64,000 bases of DNA from the IMG/VR virus record IMGVR_UViG_3300013132_000023, positions 64,001 to 128,000 of that record, one strand, 5' to 3'. A program made the position numbers and the translations under genes. Positions within the stretch are counted from its first letter, which is position 1; each line of letters starts with the position of its first letter. A model generated the notes under the pieces. It had not been told where the DNA came from and did not search any database. It worked only from the letters and a program-made list of their open reading frames with translations. Below are positions 61,918 through 64,000 of the stretch, piece by piece. The DNA comes from a virus.

Positions 61918-63839
61918 TGTTGGCCTTTCAGTTTGATGTATTCAACAACGTCTTCCTTGTGGACGTGTTGCAGATTGACGTGAGACAGGAGTGGATAGGT
62001 AGCGTCGAAAACGTCCTTGAAGTTAGGAGCTTCTGCCACCTTGATACCAAACATAGTGATCATACCACGAGTAGTGTTACCAAGGTCGGTAGATTTTGAG
62101 AATTTTGCGAGATCATCACAGACGGGCGACAGACCAACGATCCATTCCACGAAAGAATTGGGGGTCGAGTAGCTGTCGAAGCCGTGATGATATCTAGCCA
62201 ATTGGTAAATATCGAGAGCGTCAACTGCATCTTGAGCATATTGACGAGCTTCTTCTTCCAGATCGGGCAGACCAAGCTCGGTGCGAATGCGGTCATAGTA
62301 TGCCTCGGCGATACCGTAGACTCGCTCGTAGCCCATTTGTCTGGCAATCGTGATGGCAACTTCGCCATCGTATTCTTTGCCACCGATCTTACACATAAGA
62401 CCTTTGCGAGGAACCGCAATGGCATCTTTTACGTCAATTTCAGCTTCCGCAATGGACCGCCAGCAGTCAGAACGAAAGTTGCCGCGTCGAGCGGACTTAA
62501 TGTAAGAACGCTCGCCTGCGGAGACTCGTCGAGCAGCCCTCGGGGGCTCGGGCAGACTAGACAACGTAGCAGTAACACCACCGAATGTCTCTTCGAACTT
62601 TGCACGATCTTTGATCGTAGCAAGATAGAAGACGCCACGTTGACTGTTCAAGAAGTGACGAAGCTTATTCTTGTCAGATTGCTTAAGTTCACCCTCCACG
62701 TCACACTCAACAATCACGTAGTGAGTGTCGGCATTAGGATTAAGTTCCGTCTGCCAGCGATCATGACCAATGAAAATCTTGTTCTTTCGAAGATCGACAC
62801 GCTTAAGCGAGTAGTCGGCAGTTTCCGTCTTAATGGTACTCGTTGCGTGCTGGAAGGAAATCACGCTGCGATAGAAACGAAGAGCCTTAATCTTTTGAAC
62901 CAAACAAATATGCTTGCCAAGATCATCTTCCACGGTTTTAGTGACTTCACTTGATGCCGCGTCAATAAGGCGTTGAATATTAGCCTTCGTGTCTTCGCTG
63001 TAGTGAAGTTCTTCGCGACTAGCGGCAAATTCAACTTGGCCGATATCCACAAAGAGAACCATCGCGGCATTATCGCCCAAAATGTGCCTGAAGTGTTGCA
63101 TGGCAACCGGGTAACAAATATTACCCATAACCACGTTGACACGACTCGTCAAAAAAGCACCGTGCATTCCGCAATCGTAGAGTTCGTAACCCTTTCCCTT
63201 GAAACGGGGCTCGACTGACGGAAATTCAACCTTGGCACCAACAATCTTCGGACGCGTCGGGAAGAAACGATAGACGCGTTGAGCCGCAGCCTGAAACTGG
63301 TAGGCGTCACCTTCTTGGATATTGATGCGAATTTCAACACCATTAGGCTCACTAGATTCTTGAGTGGAAAGCAAAGCAATGCTCGGCTCTCCTTGTTCAT
63401 TCTTGAAAGCAGAATAGGTGTACATGTTACCGTTCCAGTACGACGTAATCGTAAACTGATCGGTATACGCGAAAGGCGACTTGCTTCCCAGGCCGAGAGC
63501 ACCAACGAACTCGTTAGATTCCGAACGAGAACTAGCGAAGTAAGTCGTGTAGATGTGTTCGACCTGATCGGGAGAAAGACCCGTTCCAAAGTCACGAATC
63601 GAGAAAAACGGAGCAAAGCTGTTCGGCAGATGGACCTCGAAAGGACGGTCTTGCGTACCAGCTTCGACTTGAGCGTCCCATGCGTTCGTGGAAAGCTCAC
63701 GAACGATAGCCAAGCGAGTGTCTGTGTAAAGCTTGCTTGACAGAATGTGAAACGCCTTGGCGTTTGCAGCGATCTTGAACTTCGCTTCCGGGAAGCCCCC
63801 GGAGCGAGTAACAGCGTTGGTGGTTTGTTGGAGTTGCAT
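61914..63839 (-). CDS. rIIA: rIIA-like protein (GHKL ATPase N-terminus)
   Basis: KAF.ILS..LY, VREL..NA.DA, IRDFGTGL, G.LGLGSKSPFAY, SREEL.Y; adjacent to rIIB. Confidence 0.92.
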   Translation of the reverse strand: MQLQQTTNAVTRSGGFPEAKFKIAANAKAFHILSSKLYTDTRLAIVRELSTNAWDAQVEAGTQDRPFEVHLPNSFAPFFSIRDFGTGLSPDQVEHIYTTYFASSRSESNEFVGALGLGSKSPFAYTDQFTITSYWNGNMYTYSAFKNEQGEPSIALLSTQESSEPNGVEIRINIQEGDAYQFQAAAQRVYRFFPTRPKIVGAKVEFPSVEPRFKGKGYELYDCGMHGAFLTSRVNVVMGNICYPVAMQHFRHILGDNAAMVLFVDIGQVEFAASREELHYSEDTKANIQRLIDAASSEVTKTVEDDLGKHICLVQKIKALRFYRSVISFQHATSTIKTETADYSLKRVDLRKNKIFIGHDRWQTELNPNADTHYVIVECDVEGELKQSDKNKLRHFLNSQRGVFYLATIKDRAKFEETFGGVTATLSSLPEPPRAARRVSAGERSYIKSARRGNFRSDCWRSIAEAEIDVKDAIAVPRKGLMCKIGGKEYDGEVAITIARQMGYERVYGIAEAYYDRIRTELGLPDLEEEARQYAQDAVDALDIYQLARYHHGFDSYSTPNSFVEWIVGLSPVCDDLAKFSKSTDLGNTTRGMITMFGIKVAEAPNFKDVFDATYPLLSHVNLQHVHKEDVVEYIKLKGQQ

Positions 63840-63847
63840 ACGGGTCT

Positions 63848-63875
63848 ATTATAGCCTGCTTAGATGCTAAGTCAA
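63848..63875 (-). promoter_or_regulatory. sigma70-like promoter, near-leaderless
   Basis: TTGACT-N16-TATAAT, 8 nt before rIIA ATG. Confidence 0.75.
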
Positions 63876-63886
63876 GAAAAATCCGT

Positions 63887-64000
63887 TCACGAATCAAGGA
63901 AAACTTCGTCGCCAGTCCAGATTACATACTTGAAATAGTCGATAACCGGACAACAGAACCATCTTGTTGAATCTACCAAGCCTGTATCTTCTTCATGGTG
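63887..64000 (-). CDS. 3' end of a hypothetical gene (truncated by window edge)
   Basis: open frame ...DSTRWFCCPVIDYFKYVIWTGDEVFLDS-TGA. Confidence 0.4.
   Translation of the reverse strand, partial: HHEEDTGLVDSTRWFCCPVIDYFKYVIWTGDEVFLDS

Noticed and set aside
1-64000. Stop-codon recoding (alternative genetic code)
   Set aside because: Known genes are full length in code 11, all three stops are used, and no CTA/TCA/TTA-anticodon tRNA was found
1-64000. CRISPR array, integrase, transposase, reverse transcriptase/DGR
   Set aside because: No regularly spaced direct repeats or matching protein motifs seen; the 28255/30200 paralogs differ mainly at synonymous sites, not adenine-specifically

Overview
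This is a fragment of a large dsDNA tailed-phage (jumbo-like) genome in the standard genetic code, with tightly overlapping genes and converging transcription. The + strand block (1-33,087) holds a sigma-like factor, a ~16-kb glycosylation cluster (about 10 glycosyltransferase-like genes, 3 methyltransferases, IMPDH/GMPR, fcl, gmd), nucleotide metabolism genes (MazG-like, class II RNR, ThyX) and a paralogous family of Ser-Gly-rich virion/fibre-like proteins. The - strand block (33,084-64,000) holds PhoH, peptide deformylase plus Met aminopeptidase, UDG, a second sigma-like factor, nucleases, dNMP kinase, two RNA ligases, a CCA enzyme, SSB, a macro domain, 24 tRNA genes plus one tRNA-like gene, and rIIA/rIIB. 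The strongest candidates for new biology are: (i) a ~1.35-kb non-coding operon (59.5-60.9 kb) in which tRNAs alternate with several unassigned structured RNAs, one ~320 nt long and ending in ACCA; (ii) inverted variable-arm classes among the tRNAs (long-arm Lys/Lys/Asn/Ile, short-arm Leu/Leu); (iii) a possible virion O-glycosylation system pairing the GT cluster with SG-biased structural proteins. All calls come from motif recognition and manual folding; no database searches were run.
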